Shown: piece by piece, positions 19,769 through 29,705 of the stretch
Layout: each line of letters starts with the position of its first letter
Position numbering within the stretch: position 1 is the first letter of the stretch
Assembly: GCA_963744145.1 (NCBI GenBank)
Contig: CAVUSO010000001.1
Location: forward strand, 160,001 to 224,000
DNA from: an uncultured cyanobacterium
GTDB taxonomy: Bacteria; Cyanobacteriota; Cyanobacteriia; Cyanobacteriales; CAWUOF01
DNA: 64,000 nt
Direction of reading: 5' to 3'
Program-made: the position numbers and the translations under genes
The notes under the pieces: model-generated
Seen by the model: only the letters and a program-made list of their open reading frames with translations
Databases searched by the model: none
What the model was told of the DNA's origin: nothing

Positions 19769-19769
19769 A

Positions 19770-20218
19770 TATATTCCATCAGTACGAATTTTAAAGATAA
19801 ATTGTTGCGCTCGAAAATCTAGGATTGATGAGCGGGCGATCGCTGGGGATAAATCCAATATTCCTGTTATGGTTAATCTGTTTGATTCATAATTGACTGA
19901 GGGCAAAGCATTCCGGTCATAGTTTTCTCGATTTATACCATGACTGATCTGCCGGAATGCTTTGCCCCTACAAATCCGGACAAAACTTGCCCTGAGCTTG
20001 TCGAAGGGTTCTGTTCACGTTTCCTTTAGATTCGCTATAGATAAATTATCATCCAATCCGGTTCGATTAATCGTAGGGGCGAAGCATTCGGGCGATCATT
20101 TATCACTTACAGCCGATAATATTATATCCGAATGCTTCGCCCTTCTTCGCCGAGATCTCCCAAAACAATCTTAACTGAACCCTATTGAGCTATCCTGTAC
20201 TGATGAATTAGCGATCGC
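19770..20218. repeat. Scaffold block copy 1 (segment A, REP hairpin, MITE-REP, HIP1)
   Basis: Closely similar to 21850-22300 and 22335-22785. Confidence 0.85.
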
Positions 20219-20252
20219 GATTTCATCTCTTTTGTTAATCAGATTGCGATCG

Positions 20253-20432
20253 CTACCTACCTAGCGATAAATTTAACTGTTCACATCCTTGACAATTTCC
20301 GAATTGTTTGCTAGAAAACAAAATTATTCCTAAATTCTTAGCTTTTTTAAATGCTAAATCTAGCATAGATAAATTAATCAATATACTACTAACTAAAATG
20401 TTTGTATCAATCACAACTCGTAATTTATTCAT
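20253..20432 (-). pseudogene. Truncated PIN-domain toxin
   Basis: MNKLRVVIDTNILVS PIN N-terminal motif; similarity is lost after about 40 aa; start overlaps the stop of the upstream antitoxin-like ORF. Confidence 0.7.
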
Positions 20433-20670
20433 TCTCAAGAATCTCATCTAAAATTTCTTGAGTTAACCCATTAGCTTTGGCTTTTTCTTGCATTTCTTGA
20501 ATAATTTGATCGAGGGATTTATCTTCAATAATTAACTTGAGCCAATCGTTAACAATAGTCTGAATTTTTTGCTGTTTTCCGGGTTCAGCTTCTCGATAAG
20601 CTTGCGCTACTATCGCATCAACTTGAATCGTAATTGTTGACCTAGTTGTGATTATTTGAAAAAAATACAC
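20425..20670 (-). CDS. Putative antitoxin of a PIN-type TA pair (start uncertain)
   Basis: TITIQVD..VAQAY...EKAKANGLTQEILDEIL, a small protein directly upstream of the PIN fragment. Confidence 0.6.
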   Translation of the reverse strand: MYFFQIITTRSTITIQVDAIVAQAYREAEPGKQQKIQTIVNDWLKLIIEDKSLDQIIQEMQEKAKANGLTQEILDEILENE

Positions 20671-20806
20671 TTCATTGTAACATCGAATGCGCTCGAATTT
20701 TTAATCCTATTGCGATCGCTACCTACCTCGTGATGACTTCAACCCAATTTTGAACGACTCTACTATAATAAATGACTGAGGTTTAGGGGCCTATTGCAAT
20801 AGGTTA

Positions 20807-20836
20807 TTGACAATTGGGAAACTTTAGTGGTACTTT
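20807..20836 (+). promoter_or_regulatory. Sigma70-like promoter, copy 2 of 3
   Basis: TTGACA-18 nt-TACTTT, about 170 bp upstream of the toxin ORF. Confidence 0.45.
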
Positions 20837-21007
20837 GGGGATGGGAGTCTTAGTTGTCATATATTCCATAGCGTGCGAATTTTAAAGATAATTTGTCGCG
20901 CTCGAAAATTAGCGAATTGATGAGCGGGCGATCGCTGGGGATAATATATTCCTATAAGATAGATTATAATCAATTTAGGAGGAAAAGAAAGTAACTTTTG
21001 ATCAAAA

Positions 21008-21385
21008 ATGTCTCCACAACATCCATTAAACAAGCCCAATTGGACTGATGAAGATATTTATGAAGAAATTAGCAATATTGTCGGTAAATTTACTAATTTA
21101 CAATGCGATAAATGCGCTAAAGCAATGGTAAAATGGTTAAAACAAAATGGCATTAGCTGGAAAATTCTCAAATTAACAACAGCGAATCCTAAAGAACGCT
21201 ATATTCTTAGCGATCGCCAGGGAGGGAATGAATCAATTACAGAAAATGGTAAGCATTATGGAGTGGAAGTTAGAGGTAGAGTATTTGACAATCTTTCGTC
21301 ATCAGGACTGACTAGAGAAGATTGGATTAAAGATTTTCACTGCCCTTCTCAAAAATTTCATATTACTGAATTAGAAGATTTCTAA
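21008..21385 (+). CDS. Stand-alone papain-fold toxin domain protein (Tox-PL-2-like)
   Basis: QCDKCA ... ITENGKHYGVEVRGRVFDN gives a Cys-His-Asp papain-fold pattern; AGGAGG upstream. Confidence 0.7.
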   Translation: MSPQHPLNKPNWTDEDIYEEISNIVGKFTNLQCDKCAKAMVKWLKQNGISWKILKLTTANPKERYILSDRQGGNESITENGKHYGVEVRGRVFDNLSSSGLTREDWIKDFHCPSQKFHITELEDF

Positions 21386-21413
21386 AATTATCTGAGGTAA
21401 GGGAGAAATAAAT

Positions 21414-21776
21414 ATGGCTGGACTCTACGAAACCCTAGCAAAAATTAAAGATAAACCAGGGATGTATTTGGGACATCCTTCGATAACTGCACTCCAGTTT
21501 TTTATCGAAGGTTACGAATTTGCTCGGAGCGAGTTAGGAATTGAATCAACAGACACCGAACTAGAATTTCACCGCAACTTTCAAGAATGGATACAGGAAA
21601 AACTGGAAGTGCAGACAGTTAGCTCTTGGGCAAAAATTATCCAGCTATACTGTACTGACGAAAAAGAAGCTTTTTTCTACTTTTTTAGGTTGCTGGATGA
21701 GTTTTTAGCCCAGAAAAACCAGTCGTTAGTAAATAGTAGTTCTCAATCAGAATTATTGCAAACAGCTAACTGCTAA
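21414..21776 (+). CDS. Hypothetical protein, putative immunity partner
   Basis: IKDKPGMYLG..SITAL..FIEGY...FQEWI...SWAKII...AFFYFFRLLDEF; lies 28 bp after the toxin ORF with a GGGAG RBS. Confidence 0.65.
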   Translation: MAGLYETLAKIKDKPGMYLGHPSITALQFFIEGYEFARSELGIESTDTELEFHRNFQEWIQEKLEVQTVSSWAKIIQLYCTDEKEAFFYFFRLLDEFLAQKNQSLVNSSSQSELLQTANC

Positions 21777-21807
21777 AATGCCGGGATGATTGAATTTATA
21801 ACAATTT

Positions 21808-22785
21808 GCGATCGCCTATTGATCACAATCATGCTAAGATTTCTGTGTGATATATTCCATAGCGTGCGAATTTTAAAGATAACTTGTCGCGATCGAAAAT
21901 CTAGAATTGATGAGCGGGCGATCGTTTGGGATAAATCCAATATTCCTGTTATGGTTAATCTGTTTGATTCATAATTGGCCGAGGGCAAAGCATTCCGGTC
22001 ATAGTTTTCTGGAGTTATCCCATCACTGATCTGCCGGAATGCTTTGCCCCTACGAATCCGGACAAAACTTGCCCTGAGCCTGTCGAAGGGTTCTGTTCAC
22101 GTTTCATTTAGGTTCGCTATAAATAGATTATAGTTCAATCCGGTTCAATTCCCTGTAGGGGCGAAGCATTCGGGCGATCATTTATCACTTACAACCGATA
22201 ATATTATATCCGAATGCTTCGCCCTTCTTCGCCGAGATCTCCCAAAACAATCTTAACTGAACCCGATTGAGCTATCTTGTACTGATGAATTAGCGATCGC
22301 CTATTGATCACAATCATGCTAAGATTTCTGTGTGATATATTCCATAGCGTGCGAGTTTTAAAGATAAATTGTCGCGATCGAAAATCTAGAATTGATGAGC
22401 GGGCGATCGTTTGGGATAAATCCAATATTCCTGTTATGGTTAATCTGTTTGATTCATAATTGGCCGAGGGCAAAGCATTCCGGTCATAGTTTTCTGGAGT
22501 TATCCCATCACTGATCTGCCGGAATGCTTTGCCCCTACGAATCCGGACAAAACTTGCCCTGAGCCTGTCGAAGGGTTCTGTTCACGTTTCATTTAGGTTC
22601 GCTATAAATAGATTATAGTTCAATCCGGTTCAATTCCCTGTAGGGGCGAAGCATTCGGGCGATCATTTATCACTTACAACCGATAATATTATATCCGAAT
22701 GCTTCGCCCTTCTTCGCCGAGATCTCCCAAAACAATCTTAACTGAACCCGATTGAGCTATCTTGTACTGATGAATTAGCGATCGC
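21808..22785. repeat. 485-bp tandem duplication bounded by HIP1 sites
   Basis: GCGATCGC at 21808, 22293 and 22778 (485-bp spacing); the two copies are nearly identical (2 substitutions noticed). Confidence 0.92.
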
Positions 22786-22902
22786 TATTTTTTCTGTTAA
22801 TCAGATTGCGATCGCGACGTACCTCGTGATGACTTCAACCCAATTTTGAACGACTCTACTATAATACATGACTGAGGTTTAGGGGCCGATTGCAATAGGT
22901 TA

Positions 22903-22931
22903 TTGACAATTGGGTACATTAGAGGTAAAAT
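22903..22931 (+). promoter_or_regulatory. Sigma70 promoter, copy 3 of 3; likely ilvB promoter
   Basis: TTGACA-17 nt-TAAAAT about 230 bp upstream of ilvB. Confidence 0.6.
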
Positions 22932-23157
22932 AGATGGTTTAGTCTTAGTAATTAAGATTAATACCTATCTTACCATCGCCACTTTTGCCCATCAGATCCG
23001 ACCGATCAGAAAAAATGCAAAGGTGGCTGGTTTGGTCGTTAGTTAGCAATTAACTAGCTAGATAGCGTCATGGGATTCCGCCATTTTTAGGATTGTTAAA
23101 TAATCCTCAATAATAAAAATAAAGACCCATCATTAAGGCAATATTAACGATAGCAGA

Positions 23158-25026
23158 ATGAACCCTATTCAAGAGCGTGAGGTTAGCACTATGCAAGTGC
23201 CCAGCGTGGCGATCAAACGGGCAACAGGAGCATTTGCCCTATTGGACAGTATCAAAAAACATGGAGTCAAACATATCTTTGGCTATCCTGGGGGCGCAAT
23301 TTTGCCCATTTATGATGAACTGTATCGTTTTGAAACAGCAGGAGATCTCCAGCACATCACAGTTAGACATGAGCAAGCAGCAACTCATGCAGCAGATGCT
23401 TATGCTCGTGCTACTGGAACAGTTGGTGTTTGTTTTGGTACATCTGGTCCGGGAGCAACTAACTTAGTCACAGGAATTGCGACTGCACAATTAGACTCAA
23501 TTCCTATAGTAGTGATTACTGGTCAGGTGAGTCGAGCAGCAATTGGGACAGACGCATTTCAAGAAATTGATATTTATGGAATTACTTTACCCATCGTCAA
23601 ACATTCCTATGTCGTCCGCGATCCTAAAGATATGGCCCGCATCGTGGCTGAAGCATTCCATATTGCTGGGACTGGACGTCCTGGACCAGTTTTAATTGAT
23701 GTTCCTAAAGATGTAGGTTTACAAGAATTTGACTATGTACCAGTAGAGCCGGGAACAATTAAATTACCTGGGTATCGTCCGACGATTAAAGGTAATCCTC
23801 GGCAAATTAATCAGGCTATTAATTTACTGCGTGAATCTCATCGTCCTTTACTTTATGTAGGTGGAGGTGCTATTTCATCTGACGCTTACCAAGAAATTCA
23901 CCAACTAGCTGAATTCTATCATATTCCAGTCACCACTACCCTGATGGGAAAGGGCGTATTTGATGAAAATCATCCCCTGGCGGTGGGAATGTTAGGGATG
24001 CACGGTACGGCTTATGCTAATTTTGCGGTGAGTGAATGTGATCTGCTGATTGCGATTGGGGCTCGCTTTGACGATCGCGTTACTGGTAAATTAGATGAAT
24101 TTGCTGTACGTGCTAAGGTCATCCATATCGATGTAGATCCAGCCGAAGTAGGCAAAAATCGTACTCCTGAAGTTCCAATCGTTGGTGATGTGAGACAAGT
24201 TTTGCTGGACTTGTTACGTCGTTGTAAAGAATTAGGGGAAAAAGTCAATCCAGAACAAACTAAACCTTGGTTAGAGCGGATTAATAAGTGGAAGGAAAAT
24301 TATCCATTGATTGTGCCCCAGTATCCAGATCAGCTCTCACCTCAAGAAGTAATTGTGGAACTCAGAAATCAAGCACCTGACGCTTATTATACCACTGATG
24401 TGGGTCAGCATCAAATGTGGGCTGCTCAATTTCTGAAAAATAAACCCCGTCACTGGATGTCGAGTGCTGGTTTAGGTACAATGGGTTACGGAATGCCTGC
24501 GGCGATGGGTGCTAAAGTTGCTTTACCTGATGAAGAAGTGATTTGTGTCGCTGGTGATGCTAGCTTTATGATGAATTTGCAAGAGCTAGGAACTTTAGCC
24601 CAATACAACATCAAAATCAAGGTAGTTATTATCAATAATGGTTGGCAGGGAATGGTGCGTCAATGGCAAGAAACCTTCTATGAATGTCGTTATGAAGCAT
24701 CAAATATGGAATCGGGAATGCCCGATTTTGTCTTGTTAGCTAAAGCTTTTGGGATTAAAGGGATGATTGTTGACAGTCGTGAGCAACTAGCTGGTGCGAT
24801 CGCCGAAATGCTGGCTCATGATGGTCCAGTATTAATGGATGTGAAAGTTCGCAAGAATGAAAACTGCTATCCCATGGTAGCTCCTGGTAAGAGCAATGCT
24901 CAGATGCTCGGTTTACCAGAACAAAAAAAATTGGAAAAAGCCACAGAATTAGTTTATTGTATGGGTTGCGGTGCTAAAAATGTAGCCAGCAATAATTTCT
25001 GTCCCGAATGTGGCACCAAAATTTAA
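23158..25026 (+). CDS. ilvB: Acetolactate synthase large subunit
   Basis: [30 protein letters not shown] and GDASF (TPP) motifs; C-terminal CxxC..CxxC extension. Confidence 0.95.
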   Translation: MNPIQEREVSTMQVPSVAIKRATGAFALLDSIKKHGVKHIFGYPGGAILPIYDELYRFETAGDLQHITVRHEQAATHAADAYARATGTVGVCFGTSGPGATNLVTGIATAQLDSIPIVVITGQVSRAAIGTDAFQEIDIYGITLPIVKHSYVVRDPKDMARIVAEAFHIAGTGRPGPVLIDVPKDVGLQEFDYVPVEPGTIKLPGYRPTIKGNPRQINQAINLLRESHRPLLYVGGGAISSDAYQEIHQLAEFYHIPVTTTLMGKGVFDENHPLAVGMLGMHGTAYANFAVSECDLLIAIGARFDDRVTGKLDEFAVRAKVIHIDVDPAEVGKNRTPEVPIVGDVRQVLLDLLRRCKELGEKVNPEQTKPWLERINKWKENYPLIVPQYPDQLSPQEVIVELRNQAPDAYYTTDVGQHQMWAAQFLKNKPRHWMSSAGLGTMGYGMPAAMGAKVALPDEEVICVAGDASFMMNLQELGTLAQYNIKIKVVIINNGWQGMVRQWQETFYECRYEASNMESGMPDFVLLAKAFGIKGMIVDSREQLAGAIAEMLAHDGPVLMDVKVRKNENCYPMVAPGKSNAQMLGLPEQKKLEKATELVYCMGCGAKNVASNNFCPECGTKI

Positions 25027-25142
25027 ACTGGAGTTAGGTTCAGGATGAATGTTGGTCGATTAACAAGAGTAAAAATCTTAAATATGATCATTTGTTCATC
25101 CTGAGCATCTTCCACTGATCAATTTTCTTTACTTTAAATGCA

Positions 25143-25679
25143 ATGCTAAAAAAAATTGCGGCAATCATTTTAGTGATTCTCAGTCTTACCAGTTGTGCAA
25201 TTTCCCCGACAATGGGCTTAAAAAGCTATGTCGATACTACTGATGGTTATCAATTTCTCTATCCTAATGGTTGGGTGCCCGTTGATGTTGCCACTGGTCC
25301 TGATGTCGTATTTCGGGATTTGATTGAGACTAGCGAAAATGTTTCCGTTGTCTTTAGTTCGGTTCCTCAAGATAAAACTTTAGTTGATGTCGGCACTCCT
25401 AGTGAAGTTGGATATAAACTGAGTAAAAATGCGATCGCACCGACCAATTCTGACCGAGAAGCGGAATTAGTTAATGCCGAATCACGTCAAGTAGGTGATA
25501 AAATCTATTATTTACTTGAATATGCAGTTACTTGGTCAGGACAAAAACGACATAATTTAGCTAGTGTGGCGATTAGTAGAGGTAAGTTATTCACTTTTAA
25601 CGCTTCTACCACAGAAAAACGTTGGCAAAAAATGGAAAGTATCTTGGAAAATGTGGTGAAATCTTTCACGGTTTATTAA
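25143..25679 (+). CDS. psbP: Photosystem II CyanoP lipoprotein
   Basis: Lipobox LTSC; DGYQFLYPNGW, GPDVVFRD, ENVSV, YYLLEY and RHNLASV motifs. Confidence 0.9.
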   Translation: MLKKIAAIILVILSLTSCAISPTMGLKSYVDTTDGYQFLYPNGWVPVDVATGPDVVFRDLIETSENVSVVFSSVPQDKTLVDVGTPSEVGYKLSKNAIAPTNSDREAELVNAESRQVGDKIYYLLEYAVTWSGQKRHNLASVAISRGKLFTFNASTTEKRWQKMESILENVVKSFTVY

Positions 25680-25718
25680 TAGCTGGGAAAATAATGGAAA
25701 AATTTCAAAAATTAAACC

Positions 25719-27053
25719 ATGACAGATTTAAAATTCAATTTCTTTCAACATTGGTATCCGATCTCACCAATTGAAGACCTTGATCCTAATTGTCCAACTC
25801 CGATCGTGATGCTAGGTCGCAAGCTGGTAGTGTGGAAACCACGCTTCTCAAATCAGTATTGTGTTTTTTTTGATCAGTGTCCCCATCGTCTTGCCCCATT
25901 AAGTGAGGGACGAGTGGATGAAAAAACTGGGAATTTAATGTGTAGTTATCATGGTTGGCAATTTGACTCACAAGGAGTTTGCACCCATATTCCTCAAGCA
26001 GAAGATCCCGATCTGATTGCTAAAAATCGCGACAACTATTGTGTAAAAGCTCTACCTACCCAAGAAGTAAATGGTTTGCTCTGGGTTTGGCCCGATGTGG
26101 ATGCTCCTGCGATCGCATCATCTACTCCTTTACCACTTTCACCTCAAGTAGATGCAAGTCGCGGCTTTGTCTGGTCATCGATGGTCCGCGATCTAGAATA
26201 TGATTGGCAAACTTTGCTGGAAAATATTGTTGATCCATCCCATGTTCAATTTGCTCATCATGGTGTGCAAGGTAACCGCGATCGCGCTAAACCAATTCCC
26301 ATCGAAATTGTCCAGTCTACTCCGGATTACATTGAAGCCAAAATTGAAAGAGGTTTTAAATCACGAATTACCTTTAAACCTCCCTGCTATCTAGAGTATG
26401 AAATCGATTTTGGACTAGATCGACAATTAGGTTTAGTTACCTATTGTATTCCGATCGCTCCAGGTAAGTCTAGAATTGTAGCTCAGTTCCCACGCAACTT
26501 TGCCAAGCTTCAAAATCGTTTAATTCCGCGTTGGTGGAATCATATCAATGTGCGTAATCAAGTCCTAGATGGGGATATGATTTTCTTGCACTATCAAGAA
26601 AAAGATTTACAACAAATATTACAGACTGAAACTTGGAAAACCGCTTATAAGATGCCCACAAGTGCCGATCGTCTAGTGATTGAACTTCGTCGGTGGTTAG
26701 ATCTATATTGTCATCAAGATGTACCAGGACAGTTTCCTTGGGGAAAAATTGATACCTCTCTGGAATTGCCATGGCGTAATCGTCAACATTTACTCGATCG
26801 CTATCATCAACATACCTTGATTTGTGGAAGTTGTCGTCAGGCATTAAAAAACTTACATCGTTTACAGGTAGGACTAATAATTTATTTCGTAATTACTCTG
26901 TCGATTGCGGCTGTAATGCCCGATGCACTTCATCTATCAATTAGTTTACCTTTAGTTCTGACCGGATTGCTAGGATTAGGTATTCAGTTCGGGCTGAAAT
27001 ACTGGTTGGAACCCAAGTTTTATTTTGTCGATTATGTTCATGCAAAACGTTGA
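25719..27053 (+). CDS. Rieske oxygenase, pheophorbide a oxygenase (PaO)-like
   Basis: CPHRLAPLSEG / CSYHGWQF Rieske ligands, ENIVDPSHVQFAHH mononuclear Fe site, C-terminal HTLICGSC and TM helices. Confidence 0.88.
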   Translation: MTDLKFNFFQHWYPISPIEDLDPNCPTPIVMLGRKLVVWKPRFSNQYCVFFDQCPHRLAPLSEGRVDEKTGNLMCSYHGWQFDSQGVCTHIPQAEDPDLIAKNRDNYCVKALPTQEVNGLLWVWPDVDAPAIASSTPLPLSPQVDASRGFVWSSMVRDLEYDWQTLLENIVDPSHVQFAHHGVQGNRDRAKPIPIEIVQSTPDYIEAKIERGFKSRITFKPPCYLEYEIDFGLDRQLGLVTYCIPIAPGKSRIVAQFPRNFAKLQNRLIPRWWNHINVRNQVLDGDMIFLHYQEKDLQQILQTETWKTAYKMPTSADRLVIELRRWLDLYCHQDVPGQFPWGKIDTSLELPWRNRQHLLDRYHQHTLICGSCRQALKNLHRLQVGLIIYFVITLSIAAVMPDALHLSISLPLVLTGLLGLGIQFGLKYWLEPKFYFVDYVHAKR

Positions 27054-27071
27054 TACTTAATCAATTAATCT

Positions 27072-27458
27072 TTATCTCAATCCTAGTACCTCCTGGGATT
27101 TTTCTAAAACATTTTTTGGACGAAAAGGTTTAGTCATATACAAATCAGCACCAACATCATTACCCTTTTGCTTATCAAATTCTTGTCCCTTGGCGGTTAA
27201 AATAATAATATAAACATCTTTCATGTTCAATTCATTTTTAACTGCATGACAAACATCTAATCCATTCATTTTTGGGATCATCACATCAAGAAAAACTAAT
27301 TCTGGCTTTTCTAGTTTGATGATCTCTAATGCTTCTTGTCCATTTTGTGCTGTCAATAATTCTACCCCTTGCTCTTCTAATTTCTCCAATGTCTGTTCCA
27401 TTAATATTAAAATATTAGGTTCATCATCAACAATTAAGATTTTTTTACTCATAAACAC
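27072..27458 (-). CDS. Single-domain response regulator
   Basis: ILIVDDEP, LDVMIP, LTAKG and MTKPF motifs. Confidence 0.92.
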   Translation of the reverse strand: MFMSKKILIVDDEPNILILMEQTLEKLEEQGVELLTAQNGQEALEIIKLEKPELVFLDVMIPKMNGLDVCHAVKNELNMKDVYIIILTAKGQEFDKQKGNDVGADLYMTKPFRPKNVLEKSQEVLGLR

Positions 27459-27675
27459 TCCCTAGGAATAATCAAATACTATGGACTCGCTTAATCATCA
27501 TATCAGGTTTAAGCAATAGATTATTAATTTTACTCAATACATCAGAAAATGGAACAGTGATATTGGGTTAAAAAGACGGGTTAAATCTAGTCATTTGTGG
27601 GTCAGGAAATTGTCGTTTGCAGTATAGTCAATTTTACCTAGAACTAAAATCCCAGGGTAATTGCTTAATATTTGA

Positions 27676-29685
27676 CTATTTGACTAGAATATTAGCGATC
27701 GATGGTGAAAGGAGATTACTACCCAAATCCAGGGGAATAGTAAAGAAAAATGTACTCCCTTTTCCTAGTTCACTATCCACCCAAATTTTGCCACCATGAT
27801 GTTCAATTATTTGCTTACAAATAGGTAATCCTAATCCAGTTCCTTGGGGTTTATCTGTCAAAGTATTTCCAACTTGTTTAAATTTTTCAAAGACTTTTTC
27901 TTGGTCAGCACTACTAATTCCCATTCCCGTATCCTTAATGCTGATTAACATCTGATTACAACTAACTATAGCTCGACAAGTAATTGAACCTTCATCAGTA
28001 AATTTAATCGCGTTAGACAAAATATTAATTAATACTTGAATCAGTCGATCGCGATCGCCAATTATTTTTGGTAAATTTGGTTCAACTTGTTTAAATAGCA
28101 ACAAATTTTTGGCAGTAAATAAAGGTGAAGTCGCAGCGATCGCTTGGTCAATAATCTCAGCAATTACTAGGGGTTGCATTTGCCATTCAATTTTGCCTAC
28201 TTCCATTTTAGCAATATCTAAAACATCATTAATTAAAGAAGTAAGTCTCTCAGTTTCGGAGATAATAATATTAATATTAGTACCGAGCTGTCGGATACTC
28301 TTTTGGGTTTTGTGATCGGGATTTTGCAACAAGGGAAATATCTGATCATCCAATTTTTCTTTAATAATGGAAGCAAACCCCAAAATCGAAGTTAAAGGAG
28401 TCCGTAACTCGTGAGAAACAGTAGCAATAAAATCTGTTTTCATCCGATCAATTTGTTTTTCAACTGTCACATTCCGAATCAAAATTACCGATCCAATTAC
28501 TTCATTATTGCTATTGTTTCTATCAATCTCAACTACTGTTTCCGGTAATTTATTGGTATTTTTACAAATAGCAGTAGCTAAAGCTTGACCGATAATTCCA
28601 TCCGCTAGTTCAAGTTCTGCTGTAAAAACTTGTCTGGGGTGTTCCCAAGTTTGGGTCACTAATTCTACTACTTTTTGATTAGATAATATCTGACAACTTT
28701 CCCCGTTCAAATCTAGATTTTTTAACCTAAACAAAGCTAAAAAAGCTGGATTAAATCTAGTAATTTTTCCTTGGGTGTCTGTTACTAACAAAGCATCTGC
28801 TAAATTATCAATAATACCGCTTAAATAAGCTAAGGTATTCTCTAATTCTTGTCCTCGCGCTTCTAATCCAGAAAATAAATTACTGATTTGCTCTACCATC
28901 GCATTTAAAGTTGCAGCTAGCACTCCAATTTCATCTCTTGAAGTTCCTACTGCTCTCACATTCAAATCTCCTTCAGCCATGTGATTAGCAGTTTCAGTTA
29001 GTTGAGTTAATGCTCGGACGATCCGCGAGACTATAATAAAAGCTACAGGTACTATTAATAAGCTTAATACTAATGCTAATAATAAAAATAAATAACTACG
29101 TTCTGTCGTCTCAGCAACTTGCTTTTCCATCCTTTTCATCACCCAATCTAATTGAGTGGTAAGCACAGGAAGCAACTGATTAATATTCATTAAATATTTC
29201 TCTCTTCCTGCGGGAGATGCTAATAAATATTTTTCTAAATTAGAGCGATAAATTCGCCAAGATTCCTCAATTTTTTCCAATTGTCCTAATACATTTACAT
29301 CACTGACAGGACTTAGCTCTAAATTGATCGAACCCGAATGCAAAGTTGCTAACAATTGTTCAAAATTTTCAATGTCTGCTTGAATGTCAATTTCGATCTT
29401 ATTCTGCTCTAACCGATTCTGCTTACTTTGATATACATTGACTAAATAAGCTAATTTAAAAGTCAAGGTTCGTTCTGAACTAATCAGATCAACTATTGGA
29501 GCATTATTACGCATCCGATTTAGTGCGGTTCCCCCGACAACTGCGGCTAATAAGTTAATTGCTACTAAGCTAAAAAATAATAAACTTAACCTTTGTCTAA
29601 TAGTAATAAAAAAACCTCGTTTCCCAACTAGATTAGTTCTAATTTGGGCAGAAAAATTTACGATTAGCTGAGATTTTGAGATCAT
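27676..29685 (-). CDS. Membrane sensor histidine kinase (periplasmic helical sensor, HAMP, PAS)
   Basis: Two TM segments, HAMP ([13 protein letters not shown]), [17 protein letters not shown] and GTGLGL. Confidence 0.9.
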   Translation of the reverse strand: MISKSQLIVNFSAQIRTNLVGKRGFFITIRQRLSLLFFSLVAINLLAAVVGGTALNRMRNNAPIVDLISSERTLTFKLAYLVNVYQSKQNRLEQNKIEIDIQADIENFEQLLATLHSGSINLELSPVSDVNVLGQLEKIEESWRIYRSNLEKYLLASPAGREKYLMNINQLLPVLTTQLDWVMKRMEKQVAETTERSYLFLLLALVLSLLIVPVAFIIVSRIVRALTQLTETANHMAEGDLNVRAVGTSRDEIGVLAATLNAMVEQISNLFSGLEARGQELENTLAYLSGIIDNLADALLVTDTQGKITRFNPAFLALFRLKNLDLNGESCQILSNQKVVELVTQTWEHPRQVFTAELELADGIIGQALATAICKNTNKLPETVVEIDRNNSNNEVIGSVILIRNVTVEKQIDRMKTDFIATVSHELRTPLTSILGFASIIKEKLDDQIFPLLQNPDHKTQKSIRQLGTNINIIISETERLTSLINDVLDIAKMEVGKIEWQMQPLVIAEIIDQAIAATSPLFTAKNLLLFKQVEPNLPKIIGDRDRLIQVLINILSNAIKFTDEGSITCRAIVSCNQMLISIKDTGMGISSADQEKVFEKFKQVGNTLTDKPQGTGLGLPICKQIIEHHGGKIWVDSELGKGSTFFFTIPLDLGSNLLSPSIANILVK

Positions 29686-29705
29686 TTAATTCCCTGAGCA
29701 ATTAA

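Noticed and set aside
19706-22473. Recurrent small ORFs (19706, 19962, 20857, 21773, 21786, 22204) as a peptide family
   Set aside because: Similarity comes from the repeated scaffold; their starts lie inside REP hairpins and their ends differ between copies
19500-23000. Classical integron or CRISPR
   Set aside because: No tyrosine integrase, attC-like sites or cas genes; kept only as an integron-like hypothesis
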